Of a stretch of 43,625 nt of DNA, positions 1-11,900 are shown in pieces. The stretch is taken from NCBI GenBank assembly GCA_000320545.1, contig ADNK01001018.1, positions 1 to 43,625 on the forward strand, read 5' to 3'. The translations under genes were made by a program, and so were the position numbers. Within the stretch, counting starts at the first letter, position 1. Each line of letters starts with the position of its first letter. The notes beneath the pieces are model-generated. The model worked only from the letters and a program-made list of their open reading frames with translations. It did no database searches and was not told where the DNA came from. The DNA comes from Bigelowiella natans CCMP2755 (lineage: Eukaryota > Protista > Cercozoa).

Positions 1-26
1 GTACAAAGTGTATCCTAACCCTAATG

Positions 27-214
27 TAACCCTAACCCTAACCCTAACCCTAACCCTAACCCTAACCCTAACCCTAACCCTAACCCTAACCCTAACCCTA
101 ACCCTAACCCTAACCCTAACCCTAACCCTAACCCTAACCCTAACCCTAACCCTAACCCTAACCCTAACCCTAACCCTAACCCTAACCCTAACCCTAACCC
201 TAACCCTAACCCTA
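27..214. repeat. Telomeric repeat array (CCCTAA)n = TTAGGG on the minus strand; chromosome left end
   Basis: About 31 perfect CCCTAA units at the window start, in the C-rich orientation expected at a 5' chromosome end; positions 1-26 are degenerate. Confidence 0.97.
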
Positions 215-350
215 TAAAATTCAATCTGCGCGTGCTCGTGCAAGCGTCATTTTGCCAGTCCGACGAATGCCGCATGCAACGTTCTATTTCTTGTAGCGCG
301 AGGCGACAGCAAATTATAGACAACGTAATATGATATACATGTATACATAT

Positions 351-422
351 GCCGCTGCATTGCACAGCTACATTAGGATGACCATTGAAAAAATTTAAAC
401 ATTTCATTACATCCGTCTCATA
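351..422. mobile_element. Solo right end (TIR plus subterminal sequence) of a MITE-like element
   Basis: gccgctgcattgcacagctacattaggatgaccattgaaaaaatttaaacatttcattacatccgtctcata aligns with 32916-32986. Its last 20 nt are the exact reverse complement of tatgagacggatgtaatgaa at 32476-32495. Confidence 0.75.
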
Positions 423-430
423 CATATATG

Positions 431-463
<33 letters not shown>

Positions 464-470
464 ACATATG

Positions 471-568
471 ATATATATCATATTACTATGCCTATTTATC
501 ATAGACAACGTAACATAATATACACATAATATATATCATATTACTATGTCTATTTATCATAGACAACG

Positions 569-610
<42 letters not shown>

Positions 611-626
611 TATTACTATGTCTATT
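471..626. repeat. Short tandem duplication (2 copies plus a partial third) of atatcatattactatgYctatttatcatagacaacgtaa separated by (TA)n tracts
   Basis: Copies start at ~471, ~529 and ~601; atagacaacgtaa also occurs at 316. Confidence 0.85.
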
Positions 627-793
627 ATGCAATCCGGATGGTCAAGAGCAGCATTGAGCACAAACTGCATCTTCTTCATGTCATGCGTTGTGGCATGCAC
701 CACATTGACAATGATGAAGGGAAAAACCAGTTTTCTTGCTTTCACATCCCCTCTAGTCCCAAAACCACGCTCACATGAATCATACGTAGGTTC

Positions 794-2747
794 TTAAATC
801 TCATAGTCAACAATTTCTTGTCCTTTCGGTGCTTGTCTTGTCTTCTCGTAGTCCTTTTTTGCCACTTCTCCCCAATTCGTTGACAATACGGTACCGTTGG
901 ATGTTTGATATGATTTGTTCATTGCCCGTTTAGTGTTATCATCTGCATTCTTGTATATCTACAAATAAAATACTTGTAGTGAGATACAAGAATCTAGTAA
1001 GATACACTAATCTTCACTACTAGTTTTCATCTTTTTTGAGGATTTTACATTTTGGAAGAGAGCTTGGAGTGCAGCTTCTCCTTGGGGCTGAAGTATCGGT
1101 ACAAAAATACCGATGTGTGACGATCCATTTTAGGATTTAAGGGAAATTGACAAAATGATCGAAAGAAACCTACCTTATCCTCCTCTAACTCCTTCTCAAT
1201 TTTCTTTTCTACGGCATTCCAGTCTGTTCCACTAGTGTAAGGACTTTTCTTTATTTTACTACTACTAGTCAGTTGCTTTATAGCCGAACTCGTCCTTGCT
1301 TCCAAAGCTGGCCAATCTAGTGCAATTCCCTGAACAAGAATTGTGTGTTACTAAAATGATGTAGATCAATGTTTTGAGTGACGACGTGTACCTTATGCAA
1401 ATTGATCTCAAGCTTGAAAGGCGTCAAACGGTAGTTTGACTTTTGAGTGTCAATGTCAGAAAAGAGATCCAATTTCCTTTGAGAGAAAGAACATCAACTT
1501 CAGTATGCTACTTCATTCAGTATAAATCTGATGCATCACTATATATTTACAACAACTACTCGTTTTCATATTTGATCTCATTATTAATTGATGCCATCGT
1601 CAACCCTACAATCACCCATAATTTCCTTGACCTTGTCCAAGGGGTAGTTCCCGGTGACTCACGAATGACAACAACAACCGATTTTGGTTCGAAGCTTATC
1701 TTGACTTGATCGGTCTTTAAGCCACGCGCATACAAAGTGACACAGACCGTACTTACGTTTTGGTACCAACCCTGGCGATACTTCGTTGGATTTGAAGATG
1801 ATGATGGTGGAGGGTATGACTGCGAAGTCTTTTTCGACTTCGTGACTCTGACAGGTGTAGATTTCAGCGATGACTGGGTGTTTGTTGAAGAAGATGATGA
1901 AGAAGAAGCAACTAATTTTGCGACTGTTGCTGCTTTATTTTCCCTTTGTTGGGGTGATAAAACTTGCTTAATTTCTCCTGGAACTTTGCCACCATTAAGT
2001 TCAGCTGCACATTTTCGTATCCACAGACCGCAATTTTTGTGCCCGAGACGTTGAGCTTCCTGATAGATAGAAAGTGCAGCATGACACATTAGCTTCAGAA
2101 ATGATGAAAGTAACCGACAAAACATGCAAGCGTCTGAGGACCTCAAATACATCTTTGGCGTCTTTAAACCGATTAAGATGGAACAATGCAATTCCTTTCC
2201 GTAGACGCCTAGATAAAATTGAAATAGTTTCAGATCGACCAAATTCATGTCATGCATCGTCAGAACATAGATACCCTGTTGTACTTCCTGGAAATACTTG
2301 AACAGCTTGTTCTGAGTCTGCTAGTGCCTTCTGCAGTAGGCATTTTCATGTCAGCAAGGATGGTTCTATGCAGTAATGTATTAGATTGAAATTACTTTGT
2401 AGTTCCTCAACTTGATGTTTGTAGCAGCCCGATGCAAGTAATAATTCGGATTTGAGTTCTGAATTCCATGATGGTTCAAAGTATGAGTCTTAATCGTGTC
2501 TATTCTAGCACGTAGTTGCTCATACATCAATCTCAAGGGCCTGTGTGAAGAACTTCTCGGCCTCCGCATACTTTTCGTCCACGTAGCTGACATTTCCCTT
2601 CAGCATGTGGTGGAATGAAGATCAAAATGCTTTCAGTTGACAATAAAACGTAAATTTAACCCTTGAAAATAGAGACTCCGCAGCATCAAGATCCCCCTTC
2701 CGCTTCTGTGGAGTGGTCTTTGAGGCGGAACCACTAAATTGATACAT
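794..2747 (-). CDS. SGT1: SGT1 (suppressor of G2 allele of SKP1), Hsp90 co-chaperone with TPR-CS-SGS domains; multi-exon
   Basis: GT-AG exons join into MYQFSG...AESLFSRGNVSYVDEKYAEAEKFFTQALEID (TPR), KYRQGWYQNVSTVCVTLYARG...LDLFSDIDTQKSNYRLTPFKLEINLHK (CS) and DWNAVE...[43 protein letters not shown] (SGS). Stop TAA at 794-796; inferred ATG at 2745-2747. Confidence 0.95.
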
Positions 2748-3049
2748 GCTTGTATTTTCTCTCGAGACCTAGAATTGCATTCTTCATACCTTCTCATCTT
2801 TTCTTACAAGCTGTACTTCAGGGAGTGGGAGATGGTCTGTTTCTTTTCAATTCTATTGGCAGGCTCGTCGTAGAGAAGCTATCTCGTATGTTCTCGAATG
2901 GATTTCAATTCTCAGATCAAATTGAATCATACATTACTTCGTCATGGTAAAAGGCTCCTCAGTTTCACGATTAAAGTCGCTTGAATTAGCCCGATTTAGT
3001 TTTGACCACACCATGACAAAATTGCAAGTTTTTTGCCCTAATCTGAGAA

Positions 3050-4440
3050 GACTCTAGAACGCTGACGCATGCGTTCATCTTCTTGCGACTTGTGTTCCAG
3101 ACATTTGAAAGTTTGTTTTGTTCTTCTGGAATTCCGTCTAGCGGAGGGATGAGATCTCAAATCTTTGAATTGTGAGTCAGCACACCCCGATGATCCTTTC
3201 ACATCCTCTCTTGGAATGAATTTGTTCTTTCATGTTTCAGCCTTCGTTGATCACTTCATTCATGTTTTGGAAATGCAGTTTGTCATTGTTGTTCATTGTT
3301 CATTGTTCACTGACTAGGGGAGGGCTAGAGGGGTGTTGATGAGCGAGCACTCCGATGATCCTTTCAGCTCATTGGAATTGCTTCAACCACTCACTCGTTC
3401 CCTTGAAACACTTCTTGTTGTTGTTCAACAGCCAAGTGCACACCAAAGAAAGCGGCTGGTTTCGAAGGATGGTGCAAGCTTTGCAACGTGAAGGAAAACC
3501 TTGCCTCTTCTGGTCTTGGACAGTGCTCTCTGTGCGCCGTCGTCCAGCTGCAGCCCGGACAGTCCCACCAGGGCCATGCTAGCACGCAACGTCTTGGGAG
3601 AAGCTGACAATTGTGGTCCACACGAAGAAGATGGCAAGATTCGAACGTGACGAACGACTGCTCCACACACAGCTAGACAGGTCTAGCAGGTGCGTGCATT
3701 GACAAAACGCTCGACATCGCATCACTTGCCTCGATCTCCGCCAGGAGTTGGACCGTCTAGCCCTGAGCCGTGCTCCAAACTAGCAAGGAAGCTTAAGGGC
3801 TCATGGCGTGTGACTCCGAGTTTGCAACTAGCAACAACCGCGCTAGCGCGAGATGGATGTGCCGTCTGCTGTGCTGCCAGTGTGTGCCAGTGTGGTGCAC
3901 TCATGCGCACTGTGTGCAAGACGCACGTTTCATCGAATCGAAGAAGACATCACTGAATGATGACAAGAAATGACACGCGCTGGCACGCGTGAGTGATCAT
4001 CGTCGTGACAGTCAGGCGCAGGCACATCTACTAGCGCTAGCTAGCTAGACATGCATGCACGACTCCATCCAGCCATGCTAGCATGCTGGCATGGCGATGC
4101 ATGCTTTGATTTTGTACCAAAAAGCATGGACACTGCTAGACTGGTCATCATCTTGTGAGCACCGATCGCCCAAGCAAGTCTGGAAATCATGGTAGCATGC
4201 AGTGAGAAGTCAAATTGTGCGGCGGGCGGGGCGCCATGCTGTCATGCAATTGTTGCGGCGGCATGCCGGCAAGTCGCTAGCTCTAGAGCTGTGGACCGCC
4301 AAATGAGACAGAACGCAAGGTGGCAATGCACAAAATTTGCACTGCACGACGATTGACGCCCTGTCCGTCACACGCTAGCACGCATCGATGAGACGGCGAT
4401 ACCATCTCACAGCTAGCAACTTCCATCATGAAAACTGTCG
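3050..4440. other. TpA-depleted, CTAG-enriched intergenic island; probable hypermutated repeat/transposon relic
   Basis: Hand count for 3061-4440: 25 TA dinucleotides, 20 of them in CTAG. In 3061-3790 all 8 TAs are in CTAG. All ORF-track translations here lack Tyr and are rich in His/Cys. Confidence 0.85.
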
Positions 4441-4624
4441 ATTCTTGCGTGAATCTATGGATCTATGGCCAAAATTTCCATGTTTGTTGCACCACAGCTT
4501 CTCAATTCTATGAACAATCCATTCAAATTCCATAGCGCGATGACCACACCAATGCATCCTCCTGCCATCAAACCAGAACTGGAGAAACACGACGTAGATT
4601 CACACTCCAGGAAGTTATTGATCA

Positions 4625-6140
4625 CTAGGAGATGACTGGTGTGAATAGATGTAGATGTTTTCGAGATGCTCCCGCTATCAGAATTGTGCTATTTCCGTCT
4701 GATCCATGATATGCCCCAAGTGTTGTGTAATCGATATCAGATTCCCTAAGATTCATTGCCATAAGAATTGTCCTACCAAATGATTTGTGCGAATGTATAC
4801 TTTTTTTCACTATCTCTTACCCTCGAGAAATGACGTTTCCTGTGGAAGGGCTATAGAGAGATAAACATTCTGTTCCACGACCACCGGTAAGAATCGGAGC
4901 TGTTTCTGCTGTTGTGCAATGCAGGTAAACGATAGGAATGGGATCTTTGAATAATTTAAAGCATTCTATACAGCAGTATTTACCCTCACTTGTTATGTTC
5001 ATTCCAGTTCTCAGAAAGATTGGTTGGTACATTGCCTTTGCTGTATATTATAAACACTTTGCATGAAAATATGACGCGAAGATATAACTATGCAACAGTA
5101 TGATTTGTTGTTGGTGCATTGTACATTTTCGAGGAAGAGCATGGCCGGTAAAGGAGTAAAGAGGTTTTTTGGGATGGCGGATGTCATGAAGGTGTAGAAA
5201 GGGATCCAATGCAGCGGAAACAATTAGGTTTTCATTGTACGGGTGCCATTGGACCGCATTGATAGAAAATTGATGCGCATCTTCGATAATAATGGACGCC
5301 TTTCCACCACGAGCGTCCCATATACAAATGCTAATCAAAATATCACGAATACATTGAGAAAAGAGAGAGAATAAATTACCCAATAATACGAACACCAATG
5401 GCAAGCAACACGAAGATTTACTGAATATATTTATTAATTACGCAAATGAATTACTCTCTGTCATTCCCTGCAGATGCAATAGTATTTGAATCTCTAATGC
5501 ATGTGGTCTTCACCACACTTGAGTGATACTCAAGAGATGCAAGTTGCTGTAAACCGCTTTCTCGTATTTTTGCCCAAGAAATGGATTTATCTTTAGACCC
5601 AGTTACAACCACCGTATCTCTAGTGTCCAGACTACCAGAGAAAAATACGGATATCACTCTCAATGCTTCAAAAAGATTGAACAAACTGAAATGATGATGA
5701 TGGTGATGATGATGATAATGTCGTAAATTATGACAACTACATGTGATGTTTTTGGCACTGAATTCTGACGTAGAGCAGCACCTGAATATTCCAGCGTTGT
5801 GAAGTTCATAGGTTGAATGGACACTGCGCGCTTGTACACCTTTCCTAGAAGCTGCTTGCTTACTAATATCCCACAATATCACACCTCCATCATCTGATGC
5901 TGTAATCAGTAAAGGGCAGTCGGATTGTGAAGACTGTTGTGTAAGAAACTTCATTCCTCCGATCCAACGTTGGTGAGCCCGAAATGCCAGTAATGCTTCC
6001 TTGTTGCTATTCCCCTCAAGAATGGATCCATCATCTACTCTCCGATTCTCACTGTTACTAGCAGCGGCGTTACACAGTGTACTTTCAATTCCATAAACTG
6101 AATATATGTTTTGTGTGTGTGTGTGTGTGTGTGTGGTTAC

Positions 6141-6204
<64 letters not shown>

Positions 6205-8149
6205 AACATGCCACTTTCTGCTCAAGCACTCTGAAATAAAACTCAATTTTCTCACTGACTTGCTACGTTCCCTTTGTCACCAGCAGCTGCCATCAATAGC
6301 TTCTGACCAAGCTTTATGATATCTACTGCATAGATCTGAAGAGTAACAGGAACAATTAGGAAAAATAAACAAGTTTTTCCATCCATAAATGTAACTTATT
6401 CAAACTAACTTTGCTCAGGTTTGGGTCGAAGAAGGAGTCTCCATTTAGTCTTCGCACGCCTGTGAATCTGTTGGTGGCCGTTTTTTTCAGAGGTGCAAAA
6501 ATTTACTCAAAACATAAAAAGGATGACTATGTGGGGATTAATCTTAAAGTCATACGGGCCACAGTCTTTCTTCTCACGACGATATTCAAGTTCCTAAAGA
6601 GCATAGAAATCAATCAATGCTAAGACTTGTATCTGTAGTTGCTCGTTGATCAGACTATCGTTAGTGTCTTCCAGTGTGACTTAATGTATTTACTTTCCCA
6701 GTACTCTGAATTTGGGTATCCAGGCATTTGTACTTTAGCACAGAAGAGTCGTCGAAGATAAGCTCTTCTTCCTCGTATTCCTCATTCGTTGCTGCTTGTT
6801 GTGTTGCTTTGCTCACGTCTGGAGGAATACCTCTTCGCCGTGAAGACCTTATCAACAATAGGGGCACTCACACAAGCGCCAGTGTGATTATTAAGACTAT
6901 CACGTGTAGTATACCTCCGTAACGGTTGGGATGGCGGGATGTTTGTATTCCTCGACTTTTTTTTCCGATTGCAATTTTTGATCTTCTTTCCATTTTGAAA
7001 ATCTAATGATGAATAAGTTTACAATGATTTTTTTAAGAGTTTCAAAGCATTTTGGGATACGTTTTTCTTCAATTCCGAGTTGAGCCAGGAATTCCAAATT
7101 TTTCTTAATGTTATCCAATCGCTGCTTCTCGTACTCCGATATTGATGATTCTAATCAAGGATTAACTCAGAATAAATACAGTTTGCATTGTGTATTCCCA
7201 CCTTTCATTTTTTTCCCAACGAGCTTCCTCTGTTCTTCATTCCTTTCAACTTTCTTTTCTTCAATACCACGTTTGTTGTTTGAATTCTGATATCCCTCTG
7301 AATAAATTTGCTTTGGATCATCACTTAACGTAGGTGTTTTCCTGCTACATTCCTTGTCCAATTTTTTGCTCTGTCCATTTTGATGATCATCTCTGTTATC
7401 ACGTGCAATTTTTTTGTTCTCGTCTTCCTTTCCTAGAAGTTTGGAGGTTCTATCACTACCATGCTCTTTTGGACCGAGGCTGCTTTCTGATACTTGTTCT
7501 GAACATGAAGGATTCTCGATCTTGCCTGGGTCAGTAGCAGCTGCAGCAGACATCTCATTGCGATTGGAATCATTTTTTTGCCTCCTATTCCTCCGGGCTG
7601 ATTGTGGCTTATTTGAACTCCGTGTGGAGAGTATACGTCTCCCTCTGTTACAAATCCTCTTCGAGGAGCTTGAAATTTGAGGAATATTATCCTTGTCCTG
7701 ACCTTCGTGAGAATTTGATGTTCTGCGCAAGAGGTGAAACATAAATAAGATAGCTCTCAAATGGAAAAGTGGATTGATGGCTATAACCTTGATTCGGTGT
7801 CAGATGTTGGCACTGCAACTCCGAATCGTTTCCAAAGCTGAGCTCTACTCCTTTTTACTTTATCTTTGTCCCCCTTTTTTATCTTTCGTTTCTTCGATAC
7901 TTTACTCACAGCCTGAAGATTACAAGGACTTTTCTTTTTTTCCTTCCCTGCATCTGGCTCCCTGGTTGCACCAGACTTGAGAAACGGCAACGTGAGCTGG
8001 CGCATGGCTGTGTCCTTGGCACACGAGCAGCAGCGTCCTCCTGCCTTGTCTCTTTGTTTGGTGGACTTCGTTGTCGCATGTTTGGATCGAGCTGAGTTCC
8101 ACGACGAACCAAAAAATGCGGGAAGGGGTATGTCATGATTCATGAGCAC
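4625..8149 (-). CDS. WDR76: WD40-repeat protein, WDR76/Cmr1-like; multi-exon; 5' end unresolved (may extend to ~8760)
   Basis: N-terminal motif SEYEKQRLDNIKKNLEFLAQLGI; first blade KIYAVDI...LLMAAAGDKGNVAIYG; WD repeats LITASDDGGVILWD, VVTGSKDKSISW, IASAGND, ICIWDARG and AHQFSINAVQWHP. Stop TAG at 4625-4627. The WD40 call is firm; orthology is moderately supported. Confidence 0.75.
6112..6204. repeat. Compound microsatellite (TG)n-(TA)n-(TG)n in an intron of the WD40 gene
   Basis: Read directly; lies within the inferred intron ~6099-6260. Confidence 0.95.
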
Positions 8150-8916
8150 CTGTATCCAGCAACAGAGTCAAGCATTCAAGTCAATCACCGGCACTACCAG
8201 GTAAGCTTACTGGCAATATCCGGGGACACTTCATACACTGCTCATTCTTATTCTCTCAGATCTACTACAAAAAATGCTCTCTCCTTGGTTAGTAAGGTGA
8301 ACTACTTTTACTTGAAATATGTCGTACTATCTTTTTCCTTATTCTTCTATCTTTTTTGTTTCTCTTTGTGTTGCCGTCTTCGTGATATCCATAAATTAAA
8401 ATTGTGATTGTAGTAGTAGTCTATGCGATATTTTTGTTCCTTGTCTTCATAAGAGTGCCGTCCGGTTTCTGCAACAAAATTGCGATCCGAGGCCTTGTCC
8501 TCTTTCTCTCAGGTCCGCCTGCCTCTCCCTTCTCTTCCTCCTCCCCCTCCTTTGCATTCTTGCTTATTCCTTTTATGACCATTCACGTTCCTTTCATTGT
8601 ACTGGCACATAAATCAATGACCATCCATTCCACTGGATTGAGAGTTATATGAATCATAAAAGGGTCACGCGTCGCTGTGGACAATCATCCACAGAAGAAA
8701 AAGACAAAGGTGCATTCAATATTTCGACCTGATTTCTCTTCAATGATTCCTCCTCTGCTCATATCACTCGTGATGATTACACCTTTTGAGGAGAGCAAAT
8801 GGCGATGAACTTTCATTATCCTCAGAATTTTCCGAAATCATCGGGATTTAAAATCCAAAGGCCAAGTTACTGCCACTGGAAATCGCGATCCTGTGGAGAG
8901 GGGGCAGTGCGTATAA

Positions 8917-11900
8917 ATGGGTTCTAGAATAGAATGGGAGAATTTTCTTGATGAAGAATCCTGGCTACGATTCGGAAGTAGTGGTGCTGTCTTTCGGACA
9001 TACAATACCCTTCACAACCAGGTAATGTGCATATGAGTACAATTCCCACGAACAGAATTAAAGAAATAGTCTGGAAAAAATTGACATGTCAACGAGTCTC
9101 AGCAATGGTAATTTGTAACTCAGGACCCATTACAGGTTGTTCAGGAAGACGGTGGAGATGAACTGAGGAGGAGGCTTGAGATTCCCCCTAATACTACTCA
9201 CAGAGAAAATATACTTCCTATGAGATATAAAGTACTTCAGAGTATCTTTTCAAAGTATGCTATTGAATCAGGTCGAAAAAGGATGGAAACAATTCCAACA
9301 ATCTCCTCAGTTCAACAACCACGTCGAGCAAAACGAAAACTTCAGCAGCTCAGGAGAAGAGTACTTCATGATTACGATGTAGAACTTCCCCGTCATGCAG
9401 AGGAGTATTTCATGATGTCATCAGCTATTGGACAACCAAAGGATGAAGACGGAAATATTTTGCACAAATTTAAACATGACAATGTTTGCACTTTCACTGA
9501 AACTGGAAGAAACTTCAAGGTGCAACGGTGGTATAACTGCAGGACCTGCGGATTAACAAATAATACAGGGTATGTGTAACTTTATTTTTTCTATTCGAAC
9601 ATCTGATGGTTAATTCTGACTGTTATGAATAGATGCTGCGAAGTCTGTATTCTGCGGTGCCATCTGGGACACGATGTTAGTTACAGAAAGACTGGGAAGT
9701 TCTACTGCGACTGTGGAAGTGGGCATAATGGATGCCGTTGCAAGGCTCTCACGCCACCAAAGGTAGAAGACGACAAAGATGCAAGATTACCCAAGGCTTC
9801 TGGACTTTTAGAAAATTTTGGAAAACTTTTGGATGATAATGGGATAGATGGAATATCGACTCGAGAGATTCGAGAGTTAACTATGAAGATTGCAGAAGTA
9901 GGCCCCCTTGATGACCCCCGCGTGGAATCGGTTATTGGATGGAAGAATCTAGCCAAAAGACTTTCAAAAATATGCCTGTCGGCAATACAGATAGATGTGG
10001 AAGAAGTAAAGAGTTTTGATAAAAAAATTACCGAAACTGCATTTCTCGTCTGCGCAATAGCTGTGAATGTCAGATTGCCAGAGTGTATTCTACTGGCGGT
10101 AAAGGTGTTTGTCAGTTTCGCTATCAAAGCCCCGGATTTTCAATTTAGTTATTCATCCTCAGATACTTCTCCTCATCCCCTGTTGAAGTCACTAAGTCGA
10201 ATGAGCTCATATTGTGACAGTAAAGACTTACCGATGCTTCAAAGGAAGGCCCTCCGGTTTTGTTGGGAAGAAAGTAGCGAGTATATCCAAAGACGTTCTC
10301 GTGCAGAGGCATATGCATTAGCTGTGGGTGAACAGGGAGCATATATTTACATATGTAGCAGTGATGGGATTCAGAAGATTGGTACTGGCTTGGAGGGTAC
10401 ACAGAGAAGCCGCATATATGCAACAAATAATGCCACTTTCCACTCCAAAACGGTAAGTATGGCCTGCATTGGAAATATCCTCTACGTAAGGCCAAAAGGC
10501 CCCACTTCCTCCACATCAGTGGAAACTTTTATCTGTGCTGATCTATCTCGAGGAGGGAATCTGATACTACTGGATACTACTAACAAGGAGAAGAAGAAGA
10601 AGAACGTTGCTGCTACGGAGGGAAAAAGGGAGGGTGCGGCGATGATGCAAAAATCAGCTGCCAAAGTTGATTCTGACAATGCTATCATACTGACGGATGG
10701 AAAGTACCTTTACCACTTGACTATTGAAGAGACTCCGCATCAACTCCAACCGGGCATTCAGAGAGCAGCAGTAGCAGCAAACAGTGGAATGAATGCATTC
10801 GATGTACTGATGCGTAGCCTTCAACAGCGAACGACGAAGAAACCAGCAAGGGGTTCTTCTACTACGATTAAAAATAATACCAAAACTATCCTTAAGATCG
10901 AAATTTATGATCCCTTGGTGGTGGTAACCGATATAGATAAAGAAGAAGAAGAAGGACAACAACAAGAAGGCAGACAGAATGAAAAAGGGGAGAAAGAGGG
11001 TAACAAAGATTCAAATAAAGAACCAACATCTTCCAAACGTAGTCAAACTGAAACGGAAAAGCGAATGCGAACATTCAAAAATCAATTCAGCTTGAAGGAA
11101 AGTGAATCATCGAGTAATGATCCACCAGAGAGCAAATCTAGTAATACTACCTGCCGACGTCTCCTCTTCCTCCCCCGTGAAAACGGTGTTGGTATTACAA
11201 GTGGTTCGACGGCAAAATGCTGCAAAAGAGTGAGAACACTTGTCATTGACTATGGTTTGAAGTCAAGCAGGCCCACTGCATCTCAAGATTTACGAAAAGC
11301 CATCGAGAATGCAGCAATATTTTGTACAGGAAACCACCTGACGGTCATTATCCCTCCTAATATTCCGGGTGTCAGTTGTCCTATCCCAGAGAAACATTAT
11401 ATCAAAATTTTCTCGATCTTGGACGGAAAACTCTTACATCACGGGGTGACATCTATAAACGCCCAACATACGCGATGTTGCTACCACAAGAAGAATAATG
11501 AGATATGGACCAGCACTTATTTTAATGAAGAAGACATCATGCGGCAAGGACAGCCGCATATGCGCCCCAGATGTGACCCATTGTTTCGATTCTCTTGCTT
11601 CTCAAATTTCGGACAAGTATTTGCCGCCTCAACATCATTGTCATCCTCCCCCCCACCCTCCTCCTCTTCCTCCTCCTCTTTTTCACCATCTCCGGATGTA
11701 GGAAAGGCCCATAAAGTTCTACTACGAGCTCCATGGGATGCTCTATCAGCTATGGCACTACCATTTCGTGGTCCATCAGAGGCTGCTCTCTGGCTAATGG
11801 CCCATATGCAACGCATCTTACTCCACTTTGAAGGTGATAGAACGGACGGAGATGATGGGACAATAGAGATGAAGCCACATCCTGCGAAGGAAGCTCTTTC

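Noticed and set aside
1-26. Non-repeat bases outside the telomere suggesting an interstitial array
   Set aside because: Too short and partly degenerate telomere; more likely contig-end noise. Cannot be resolved here.
8-467. ORFs encoding (LT)n and (GL)n
   Set aside because: Translations of the telomeric hexamer repeat.
471-626. Repeat-spacer pattern as a CRISPR-like array
   Set aside because: Spacers are (TA)n tracts, the context is eukaryotic and there are no cas genes.
3355-3956. Several overlapping 65-91 aa ORFs as genes
   Set aside because: No recognisable family; loss of TAA stops in TA-depleted DNA lengthens random ORFs.
4388-4396. atgagacgg resembling the MITE TIR at the island edge
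   Set aside because: Only 9 bp, with no extension or partner end.
3050-4440. Explanation by classical RIP or CpG-methylation decay
   Set aside because: RIP raises TpA and CpG decay depletes CG; here TA is lost and CG is plentiful.
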